Below are positions 1 to 7,700 of a stretch of 64,000 nucleotides of DNA, piece after piece. The DNA is taken from positions 8,005-72,004 of the forward strand of contig JBEEJZ010000027.1 of assembly GCA_041168905.1 (NCBI GenBank), given 5' to 3'. The stretch comes from Pseudomonadota bacterium. Lineage in GTDB: Bacteria > Pseudomonadota > Gammaproteobacteria > Burkholderiales > Burkholderiaceae_C. The translations under genes and the position numbers were made by a program. The notes under the pieces were generated by a model. It searched no databases. It was given only the letters and a program-made list of their open reading frames with translations, and was not told the origin of the DNA. Position 1 is the stretch's first letter. Every line of letters starts with the position of its first letter.

Positions 1-324
1 TTGCAAAATATGCCGAAAACCGCGCAGCAGGGGCTCATCCTGCCAGCGCTCCAGGCGCTTTGCCAGGTCAGGTGCCGCCAGATCCACCCAGCCAACCACA
101 CCCGCCACATGGGCGTGGCTACTGGCTTGCTGCAGCAGGAAATCGGTTTCCGCCGCGTCCGTGCGCGCCTGCACCAAGACGGAAGTCGTGACACCGCAGG
201 TCTGCATGGCAGGCAGAACGTCGGCGGGCAGTCGATCCTGGGCCAAGGTTGTCATGGCCGGACTGATCCACGGAAAGGCCGCTGGCTCGTAACGCCAGTG
301 ATGCTGATGCGTGTCGATCTTCAC
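1..324 (-). CDS. Amidohydrolase-2 family (TIM-barrel metal-dependent hydrolase), N-terminal 108 aa; gene continues beyond left edge
   Basis: Absent from the ORF track (no stop in window). My own minus-strand translation from GTG at 324 reads VKIDTHQHHWRYEPAAFPWISPAMTTLAQDRLPADVLPAMQTCGVTTSVLVQARTDAAETDFLLQQA...LLRGFRHILQ. The IDTHQH-W start is the HxH metal-binding signature of this family. Confidence 0.6.
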   Translation of the reverse strand, partial: MKIDTHQHHWRYEPAAFPWISPAMTTLAQDRLPADVLPAMQTCGVTTSVLVQARTDAAETDFLLQQASSHAHVAGVVGWVDLAAPDLAKRLERWQDEPLLRGFRHILQ

Positions 325-347
325 GGGCAGCCCTCTTTGCACTTGCC

Positions 348-1022
348 TCAGCGGCCTGCTCGCACCTCGTTGACCAGGAACTCCACCACCTGCAGCGCCC
401 GGGGCATGCTCTTGGCCAGGGAGCCGTCGGTGTAATAACGACCTGCGACACCCAGCGCCGGCACACCTTCAACACGGTAGCTGTCCTGCAGTTGCTTGGA
501 TCGGGTGGACTTGTTGACCACAGAGAAGGAGTTGTACTGTTCCATGAACTTGGCCTTGTCCACGCCCTGCTTGGCTACCCAGTCGGCAATGGCATCGCCC
601 CGGTTCAGCGCCAGTTTTTCGACATGAATGGCGGCAAACACCTTGGCATGCAACTTGTCGACCAGGTCCATCGCTTCGAGCGCAAAGTAAAGGCGCTGCT
701 GAGGCACGAAGTCATCGCGGAACGCCACGGGCACGCGACGCAAGACCACATCCTTGGGCAACTTCCTGGACCAGGCTTCCAAGGCCGGCTCAAACTGGTT
801 GCAATGGGGACAGCTGTACCAGAAGAACTCGACGACTTCGATCTTGCCGGCAGGTGCCTCCACCGGCACGCGCTTGTCCAGCGCCAGGTAGTCCGTGCCT
901 GCTTCGGCCTTGATCGGCTGCGCGCCGGTGTTGGCCGTCCAGCCCCAACCGGCAGCCGTCAGGGCGACCGAGGCCGCCACATTGAAATCACGACGCTTCA
1001 TCATCGACTTGCTCCTCAACAA
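348..1022 (-). CDS. dsbA: Thiol:disulfide interchange protein DsbA
   Basis: 224-aa ORF with a signal-like N-terminus. Thioredoxin-fold active site FFWYSCPHCNQFEP (CPHC). The true start may be the internal MMKRRDF. Confidence 0.9.
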   Translation of the reverse strand: MLRSKSMMKRRDFNVAASVALTAAGWGWTANTGAQPIKAEAGTDYLALDKRVPVEAPAGKIEVVEFFWYSCPHCNQFEPALEAWSRKLPKDVVLRRVPVAFRDDFVPQQRLYFALEAMDLVDKLHAKVFAAIHVEKLALNRGDAIADWVAKQGVDKAKFMEQYNSFSVVNKSTRSKQLQDSYRVEGVPALGVAGRYYTDGSLAKSMPRALQVVEFLVNEVRAGR

Positions 1023-1060
1023 TAAAAATGGAAATGGACGGAACCTGGCACTTGAGTGCT

Positions 1061-1741
1061 TCAGCGCTGCACCCGCACCAGGGCCGTTTCCAGGCCGGTG
1101 CCATCCAGGCGCAATTTGGCTTTATCGGCATCGTCCTTGCGCTCGAACGGCCCGACGCGGACGCGGTAAACAGTGCGGCCCGATTGTTCGCGTTCGGACA
1201 CTTTGGCCTCGATGCCACTGAGCGACAGCTTGGCACGCTGACTTTCGGCGTCTTCGGGGGTGCGGTAGGCGCCAATCTGCACAAAGTAGATGAAGGGGTC
1301 GGCGGGCTCGCTCGCTGCAGAAGGGTTGGCCGCAGGCGCGGTCGTGGCCGTCTTGGCCTTGGCTTTGGCCAGGTCGCCCAAGGGGTCTGCCGTCACGGCG
1401 GGTTTGACCTCGGGCTTGGCGTCCGCCTTGGTGTCGGTCTTGGCGGGGGTGGTCGGGGTTGCAGGGCTAGTCGCAGGTGCCGGCGCAGCGCCCGCCTCGG
1501 CCCCATCGGCGGCAGGTGCCACAGGCTTGGCGGGGTTCTTGCCATAAAGCGGCGCGTTCGGGTCCCAGTCCTTGTTTTTCTTGGTCTCGGCCTCGTCCTG
1601 GTCGGTGGTGCGCATCTGGCCCTTGTTCACAAAGGGCACCGGCACCTTGGTGACGTACACCGCCACCGCCAGCGCCACCCCCAAACCTACGACCAAGCCC
1701 AGGACAAAGCCCAGAAAAGTTCCGCCACGCTGCTGCTTCAT
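1061..1741 (-). CDS. SPOR domain-containing membrane protein
   Basis: The ORF track extends to 2275, but that part overlaps argS. I start at ATG 1741 (MKQQRGGTFLGFVLGLVVGLGVALAV, single TM). An Ala/Pro/Thr-rich linker follows, then a C-terminal SPOR-like FVQIGAYRTPEDAESQRAKL...YRVRVGPFERKDDADKAKLRL. Confidence 0.8.
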   Translation of the reverse strand: MKQQRGGTFLGFVLGLVVGLGVALAVAVYVTKVPVPFVNKGQMRTTDQDEAETKKNKDWDPNAPLYGKNPAKPVAPAADGAEAGAAPAPATSPATPTTPAKTDTKADAKPEVKPAVTADPLGDLAKAKAKTATTAPAANPSAASEPADPFIYFVQIGAYRTPEDAESQRAKLSLSGIEAKVSEREQSGRTVYRVRVGPFERKDDADKAKLRLDGTGLETALVRVQR

Positions 1742-1791
1742 GCGCTGCCTTTGTTGCTCAACTGATAAAAAATGCCACGGGGAGCGGCGGT

Positions 1792-3477
1792 TTACATCTT
1801 TTGCGGTGCACTCACACCCAGCACGGCCAGACCATTGTGCAGTACCTGCGCGACTGCCGCGACCAGCGCCAGCCGGGCCTTCTTGACCACCTCGTCGTCG
1901 ACCAGAATGCGCTCGGCATCGTAATAGCTGTGGTAGCTGGAGGCCAGCTCGCGCAGATAAAACGTCACATCGTGTGGGGCGAATCCTTCTGCCGCCGAGC
2001 TCAGCATGGGGCCGTACTTGGCCAGCAGCAGCATCAAGGCCAGCGCCTGCGGGCTTTGCAGCGGCGACAAATCCACCTGGGCCAGGTCGGCAAGCTGACC
2101 GCCATCTTTTTCTTGCCACGCCGCCAGCACCGAGCAAATGCGGGCGTGCGCATATTGCACGTAATACACCGGGTTGTCGTTGTTTTTGGCCAAGGCCAGG
2201 TCCACATCGAAGATGTATTCGGTGTCCGGCTTGCGGCTGAGCAGGAAAAAGCGCACCGCGTCCTTGCTGGTCCACTCGATCAGGTCACGCAGCGTCACGT
2301 AGCTGCCCGCGCGCTTGCTGATCTTGACCTCTTCACCACCGCGCATCACACGCACCATGGTGTGCAGCACGTAGTCGGGGTAGCCTTCTGGGATACCCAC
2401 ATCAGCCGCCTGCAAACCGGCACGCACCCGGGCAATGGTGCCGTGGTGGTCGGTGCCCTGAATATTCACCACCTTGCCAAAGCCCCGTTCCCACTTGGTG
2501 ATGTGATAGGCCACATCAGGCACAAAGTAGGTGTAGCTGCCATCGCCCTTGCGCATGACGCGGTCCTTGTCGTCACCGTAGTCGGTGGACTTGAGCCACA
2601 AGGCGCCATCTTGCTCGTAGGTTTTGCCAGCGGCCTGCAGGCGCGCCACGGCCGCCTCGACCCGACCACTGGTGTAGAGACTGCTTTCCAGGTAGTAGTT
2701 GTCAAACTTGACGGCAAAGGCCTGCAGGTCCAGGTCTTGTTCGTGACGCAGGTAGGCCACCGCAAACTGGCGCATGCCATCGATGTCGTTGATGTCGCCC
2801 GACGCCGTGTACGCACGGTCGTCCGAGGTCACCGTCTTGCCGGCCAGAAAGTCTGCCGCGATGTCGGCAATGTAATCGCCGTTGTAGGCCTGCTCGGGCC
2901 ACTGCTCGTCGCCGGGTTTGTAGCCCTGCGCGCGCAGATGGGTGCTGTTGGCCAAGGTGCCTATCTGCACGCCGGCGTCGTTGTAATAAAACTCGCGGTA
3001 AACGTCCCAGCCCTGGGTCTGGTACAGGTTGCAGATGGCATCACCCAGCGCCGCCTGGCGGCCATGCCCCACATGCAAAGGCCCGGTGGGATTGGCAGAC
3101 ACAAACTCCACCAGCATGCGCTGCTGGCGCGGTGCCTGACTGCCATAGGCCGTGGTCTGGGTCAGCACTTCGCGCACCACCTGCTGCTTGGCTTCAGGCT
3201 TGAGGCGTATGTTGATGAAGCCGGGGCCAGCAATATCGACCGATTCCACCCAACGCTCGTAGGCGGGTGCAGCCAGCAAGGCGGCGCGCAGGGTCTCGGC
3301 CAGCTGACGGGGATTGGCCTTGAGCGGCTTGGCCAATTGCATGGCCGCTGTGGTGGCGAAGTCGCCATGGGCCGCGACTTTGGGGGATTCGAAAATAGCC
3401 TTGGCACCCGCACCGGGGGCCAGGCTGTCCAGCGCGAGGCCCAGGGCCTCCAGCAATTCGTTTTTGACAGTCAGCAT
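1792..3477 (-). CDS. argS: Arginine--tRNA ligase
   Basis: 561 aa with class I synthetase motifs: [14 protein letters not shown] (HIGH region) and KISKRAGS (KMSK-like). Overall ArgS-like sequence. Confidence 0.97.
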   Translation of the reverse strand: MLTVKNELLEALGLALDSLAPGAGAKAIFESPKVAAHGDFATTAAMQLAKPLKANPRQLAETLRAALLAAPAYERWVESVDIAGPGFINIRLKPEAKQQVVREVLTQTTAYGSQAPRQQRMLVEFVSANPTGPLHVGHGRQAALGDAICNLYQTQGWDVYREFYYNDAGVQIGTLANSTHLRAQGYKPGDEQWPEQAYNGDYIADIAADFLAGKTVTSDDRAYTASGDINDIDGMRQFAVAYLRHEQDLDLQAFAVKFDNYYLESSLYTSGRVEAAVARLQAAGKTYEQDGALWLKSTDYGDDKDRVMRKGDGSYTYFVPDVAYHITKWERGFGKVVNIQGTDHHGTIARVRAGLQAADVGIPEGYPDYVLHTMVRVMRGGEEVKISKRAGSYVTLRDLIEWTSKDAVRFFLLSRKPDTEYIFDVDLALAKNNDNPVYYVQYAHARICSVLAAWQEKDGGQLADLAQVDLSPLQSPQALALMLLLAKYGPMLSSAAEGFAPHDVTFYLRELASSYHSYYDAERILVDDEVVKKARLALVAAVAQVLHNGLAVLGVSAPQKM

Positions 3478-3616
3478 GCGCGGGATTCTACGGGCGCGAC
3501 TTTGGGCGGCTACAGATGCGGAGGCCGACCCGCTTGCAGGCTAGCTTGCAGACTAAATTGCATGCGTTTGAAGCACCTCAGGCGGCTGACGCCCTTTCTT
3601 TTGGCATGATTCGGGC

Positions 3617-4630
3617 ATGTCGATGTCCCCCACCCCTGTCATCCGGCCTGCTGCTGTGGTACCACGCAACGAGTGCCGCCCATCCCTGTCCTGCGTCATG
3701 CCGGCTTACAACGAGGCACGCAATCTGGTGCGCGTCGTGCCCGAGGTTCTGGCCGCCATGGCCCAGCTGTCTGACAACATCGAGCTGATCGTGGTGGACG
3801 ATGGCAGTCGCGATGACACGGTGCAGGTCATGCAAACGCTGTGCGCCGCACACCCGCAGGTGGTTTTTTTGAAGCTCTCGCGCAACTTCGGTAAGGAGCC
3901 AGCGCTGCAGGCCGGCATTGACGCCACCCGGGGCGACATCGTGGTGCTGATGGATGCCGACGGCCAGCACCCCACCGCCCTGCTGGCCGACATGGTGAGC
4001 AAATGGCGCCAGGGCTCGGACGTGGTGTATGCCGTGCGCAAGACACGCTCTGACCAGTCCGGCCTGCAAATCGGCCTGACCGGGTTGTTTTACAAGCTCA
4101 TCAACTGGGGCAACCGGGTGCAGATTCCGGCCCATGCCGGCGATTTCAGGCTGATGGACCGCCAGGTGGTGGAGGCCCTGAAACGCCTGCCCGAGCGCAA
4201 CCGCTTCATGAAGGGACTCTACGCCTGGGTGGGCTTCAATGCCACTGCCATCGATTACGAACCGCTGGAACGTACCGATGGCGTCTCGCGCTTTGGCTTG
4301 CGTGGCTCGCTCTCGCTGGCCATCACCGGCATTCTGGCGTTCTCGACCGCGCCGCTGCGCGCCATGACGTTTTTGGGCCTGGCCCTGTCAGCTCTCGCTT
4401 TGAGCTACGGTGTTTGGGTGGTGGGCGAGTATTTTGTGACCGGCATCAGCGTGCCGGGCTACGCCACCATCGTGGTGGGCATGATGTTTTTCAGTGGCAT
4501 CCAGTTGCTGTGCATCGGCATCCTGGCCGAGTACGTGGGCCGCATCTACGAAGAAGTCAAACAGCGCCCGGCCTATTTGATCAGTCAGCGCAGCGGTGGT
4601 GGCTTGATCAAAGCGCCCCCACAGGCCTGA
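3617..4630 (+). CDS. Family 2 glycosyltransferase, polyprenyl-phosphate sugar synthase type (ArnC/GtrB/DPM1-like)
   Basis: 337 aa. N-terminal GT-A region SCVMPAYNEARNL...IVVDDGSRDDT...VLMDADGQHP. Two C-terminal TM helices, as in GtrB/ArnC. Confidence 0.9.
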   Translation: MSMSPTPVIRPAAVVPRNECRPSLSCVMPAYNEARNLVRVVPEVLAAMAQLSDNIELIVVDDGSRDDTVQVMQTLCAAHPQVVFLKLSRNFGKEPALQAGIDATRGDIVVLMDADGQHPTALLADMVSKWRQGSDVVYAVRKTRSDQSGLQIGLTGLFYKLINWGNRVQIPAHAGDFRLMDRQVVEALKRLPERNRFMKGLYAWVGFNATAIDYEPLERTDGVSRFGLRGSLSLAITGILAFSTAPLRAMTFLGLALSALALSYGVWVVGEYFVTGISVPGYATIVVGMMFFSGIQLLCIGILAEYVGRIYEEVKQRPAYLISQRSGGGLIKAPPQA

Positions 4631-4634
4631 ACCC

Positions 4635-5018
4635 ATGGCATTGCCCTTGCCCAGCAAGTCCAGCTTGTGGTTTCTGGCTGTGGGCGCCAGCGCCGCGGCC
4701 ACCCACATGGGCGTGTTTGCCCTGACGCGTGAGGCCATGTGGCCCGAGCTGGCCAACGCCCTGGGCTTTGTCGTGGCTTTTGTGGTGAGCTTTGCTGGCC
4801 ACCGCTGGCTGAGTTTTCAGGACGCCGGCACCTCGCTGCTCACCAGCCTGGGCCGCTTTGCCGTCACGGCGCTGGCGGGTTTTGCCGGCAACGAAGTCGT
4901 GTTTGTGATCTTGCTGCGCGGCCTGGGCTGGCCGTCGCTGCTGGCGCTGTTCGTGGCTTTAGTGCTGGCAGCCGGGCAGACCTTTTTGCTGAGCCGCTTC
5001 TGGGCTTTCCGGCGCTAA
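4635..5018 (+). CDS. GtrA family membrane protein (putative lipid-linked sugar flippase component)
   Basis: 127 aa with four hydrophobic segments, ending LLSRFWAFRR as is typical of GtrA-like proteins. Lies 4 bp after the GT2 gene. Confidence 0.8.
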   Translation: MALPLPSKSSLWFLAVGASAAATHMGVFALTREAMWPELANALGFVVAFVVSFAGHRWLSFQDAGTSLLTSLGRFAVTALAGFAGNEVVFVILLRGLGWPSLLALFVALVLAAGQTFLLSRFWAFRR

Positions 5019-6521
5019 CGCACCCGCCGACTGGAACAGGTCCCAACCCACACCCTGGGCAAAGGGTTTCCAGCCCGCAGCCACCGCACTGGCCGACTCG
5101 GCCTTGCGTGCAATCAGCCAGTTACCCGGAGCTTGCGCGGCGCTGGCCAGCACCTCTGGGCCTCGCAAAACCTTGGCGGCCTCGGCATCGAAGTCAGCGC
5201 CCTCAAACAGCTCGCGCTCCCAGCCATCACGCGCGTTCGCACGGCGCTCGGCCCAGTCGTGAATCACGATCATGGGCTTGGCCGCCTGCGTGTAGAACGG
5301 CAGGTCGTAGGGAAATCCACGCAAGGCGTAGACGGTGTCACTGGGCCGGGCCTCGCAGGCCAGAACGCGAGCCATGTCTTGCGAGCGACCAGGAGCGGTG
5401 ACCCCGCCCACCATCAACACCAGGGTGGTGGCGATGCCGATGTTGAGCAGCACCAGCGCCCCAAACAGCTTACCCGCCCAGGCACGGTGTGCCAGCGTGC
5501 GCTCCCAGCCCAGTGCGGCCAGCCAGGCCACCGGCGGCATCACCGGCAAGATGTAGCCCACCAGCTTGGAGCTGGGCAGCGAGAAGAACACTGTGATGCA
5601 CAGCACCCAGATCCAGCACAGGCTGAGCCAGGGGCGGGTCGCCAGAGATGCTGCAGCTTGAGTCCCGCGCTTGCGCCAGGCAGCCAGGGTCCAGAAAACC
5701 CAGGGGAACATCAGCAGGCCGATCGACAACACGTAAAACCACATCGGCTGGGGGTTGTTGAAGGTCTTGGCGGTGTAGCGTGCAAAGTGGTGATGCACAA
5801 ACATGTAGTTCAGCAGGTCGGGGTATTTTTGCTGGGCCAGCGCAAACCAGGGCACCACGACCGCCGCAAACAAGGCCAGGCCACTGAGCCACGGCAGGTA
5901 CAGCATCTTGCGCAGCTGGCGTGTCCAGACCAGCCACACCAGCAGCACCAGACCGGGCAAGGCAATGCCGATCAGGCCCTTGCTCATCATGCCCAGGCCA
6001 CAGGCCACAAAACCCAGGCGCGCCAGGTTGGCATGGGGTTTGTCGCCCGCCTGAAACGCAAAGGCAAAACACCAGATGGCCACGCTGATCCAGGTCGCCA
6101 CCTGCATGTCGTGATTGACATACTGGCCACCCACCATGAAGGCCAGACCACTTGCCAGCATGATGGCGGCACGTCGGGCCAGGGCCTCGGTGGCCACAAC
6201 GCGTGCGGCCAGGTACAGCGCCACGGTCATCAACCCCACATGCAGGGCGGGCACAAAGCGCAAGGCAAACTCGTTGACGCCAAACACCGTGAGGGACAGC
6301 GACTGCAGCCAGTGCAGCAAGGGCGGTTTGTGAAAAAAGGGCAGGCCATTCAGGCGCGGCGTGAGCCAGTCGCCATGGAGCAGCATGGCACGGCCAATGT
6401 CGCCGTAACGCCCCTCGTCGGGCACCGCCAGCGGCCGCAACAGCGACAGCACCAGCAGAAAAGCCCACAACAGGCCCATCGCGAGCCAGGATATTTGTCG
6501 TTCAGTCAGGTATTTTTTCAC
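4959..6521 (-). CDS. GT-C fold glycosyltransferase, family 39 (ArnT/PMT-like, polyprenyl-phosphate-sugar dependent)
   Basis: 520 aa, polytopic. First periplasmic loop carries the PDEGRYGDIGRAM acidic motif typical of ArnT/PMT enzymes. Soluble C-terminal domain. The 3' end overlaps the gtrA-like 3' end by 60 bp. Confidence 0.85.
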   Translation of the reverse strand: MKKYLTERQISWLAMGLLWAFLLVLSLLRPLAVPDEGRYGDIGRAMLLHGDWLTPRLNGLPFFHKPPLLHWLQSLSLTVFGVNEFALRFVPALHVGLMTVALYLAARVVATEALARRAAIMLASGLAFMVGGQYVNHDMQVATWISVAIWCFAFAFQAGDKPHANLARLGFVACGLGMMSKGLIGIALPGLVLLVWLVWTRQLRKMLYLPWLSGLALFAAVVVPWFALAQQKYPDLLNYMFVHHHFARYTAKTFNNPQPMWFYVLSIGLLMFPWVFWTLAAWRKRGTQAAASLATRPWLSLCWIWVLCITVFFSLPSSKLVGYILPVMPPVAWLAALGWERTLAHRAWAGKLFGALVLLNIGIATTLVLMVGGVTAPGRSQDMARVLACEARPSDTVYALRGFPYDLPFYTQAAKPMIVIHDWAERRANARDGWERELFEGADFDAEAAKVLRGPEVLASAAQAPGNWLIARKAESASAVAAGWKPFAQGVGWDLFQSAGALAPESPEAAQQKGLPGCQH

Positions 6522-6567
6522 CCGCGAATTTTAGGGGCGGGGCAAGTCCCCCCTTTCAGCACAAGCC

Positions 6568-7665
6568 TCAGAAAACCCCTAACCAGGCCAGGGTCGCCAT
6601 GCCGTAACGCTTGCCAAACTTGCTTGCGGTCATGGGGTTGTAGGCAAACGGTATCTCGCCCACAAACTGATTGCTCATCAACTGTCCGCGCAAGACGACG
6701 GCTGAATGTGGGGCTATTCGACGTGAAATTTCTGCAACCCAGGTGTTGTTCGCCGTGTATGCAACACCACCCAAATTTCTGATCGTGTCGTCCACCTCGC
6801 TACGCTTCAACTGTTGGCGGAAAAACCCGCCACGTAGCATCCAATCCTGGTTAAACCATTGCAAACTGCCACCTACCAACCAGTAGTTTGCGCGGTAAGA
6901 AACATGAAGGTCTGCGTCGGTTGCGGCACTGAAAGTATCAAGTACCGGCCCCGACGCGCTACAGGTATCGACCAGGGACCCGTTCAAGGCACTGCCGGCA
7001 AAAGTTAACCTGTAGGTGCAGCCGCTTCCAGTTTTATACAGGGCAGTTACCCCGCCGGCGCCCACGCGGCTTTGCCCAAAACCGCCCAATGCGTTCACAC
7101 TCACCGAGTCTGACAAACGCCACGTGCCGACCACATCCAGTTGCTTTTGGAGGTCATGGGCGGAATCCACGCGCACGTCATATACCGTTTTCCCCGCCAC
7201 GGTGGTGGGTGACGACTTCACGAGCTCGGCTGAGGCATTGCCCCACACACTCATGCGGACAGCCAAGTGCCCCGGGCTCGCCGCATTACCCAGTAAGCGG
7301 TATTGACCTGCCACTTGCCAACTGTCAATGTATGCGCTGTCAGTGCGGTAATCGATGCGCCGCCGCCAGAGCTGCCCAGACGCTGACCAGTCGTCCGTGA
7401 GCCGATAGCTGACAAGCACATGTTGTCCCTGATAGTCGCCGACATTTGTGCCAGCGTACGCGGGGTCACTCGACCGAAGATGCAAAAAATCGAGCGTGTC
7501 GTTAACGGCATCAACGCCCAGCTCCAGACGAAGTTGACCCGGACCTCCAGGCAAGTCGGCCGACAGCAAGGCATCCAGCGGCGCAGCGCACAAAGTCAGC
7601 GGCAATATGAATTGCACCGCGACAAGAGGTTGCAAATATTTCGTTTGCATCGTGGTTTGCAGCAA
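6568..7665 (-). CDS. Predicted outer-membrane beta-barrel protein, family unknown
   Basis: 365 aa with a signal-like N-terminus (LQPLVAVQFILPLTLCAAP). Alternating amphipathic pattern and Tyr/Gly/Trp-rich segments. C-terminus is ...ATLAWLGVF (terminal aromatic). Lies 35 bp downstream of the giant lipoprotein gene on the same strand. Confidence 0.55.
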   Translation of the reverse strand: MLQTTMQTKYLQPLVAVQFILPLTLCAAPLDALLSADLPGGPGQLRLELGVDAVNDTLDFLHLRSSDPAYAGTNVGDYQGQHVLVSYRLTDDWSASGQLWRRRIDYRTDSAYIDSWQVAGQYRLLGNAASPGHLAVRMSVWGNASAELVKSSPTTVAGKTVYDVRVDSAHDLQKQLDVVGTWRLSDSVSVNALGGFGQSRVGAGGVTALYKTGSGCTYRLTFAGSALNGSLVDTCSASGPVLDTFSAATDADLHVSYRANYWLVGGSLQWFNQDWMLRGGFFRQQLKRSEVDDTIRNLGGVAYTANNTWVAEISRRIAPHSAVVLRGQLMSNQFVGEIPFAYNPMTASKFGKRYGMATLAWLGVF

Positions 7666-7700
7666 CCGGGGCGACAGGCCTGGCCCCGGTTACCCAACAT

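Noticed and set aside
1-435. 144-aa plus-strand ORF at the left edge
   Set aside because: No recognisable motifs and an Arg/Gly/His-rich composition typical of antisense frames in high-GC DNA. The opposite strand encodes a convincing amidohydrolase N-terminus (IDTHQHHW...) over 1-324, and the dsbA 3' end from 348.
1742-2275. Upstream 178 codons of the 404-aa SPOR ORF
   Set aside because: Overlaps the 3' part of argS on the same strand in another frame and is Arg/Gly/Pro-rich. The TM-anchored protein starting at MKQQRGG is a complete, sensible SPOR protein.
1801-3609. 602-aa plus-strand ORF
   Set aside because: Entirely antisense to argS, which has unambiguous class I synthetase motifs. This is a shadow ORF caused by GC-rich codon bias.
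5133-6782. 549-aa plus-strand ORF
   Set aside because: Antisense to the GT-C glycosyltransferase. The sequence is His/Gln/Gly/Arg-rich low complexity with no domain signature.
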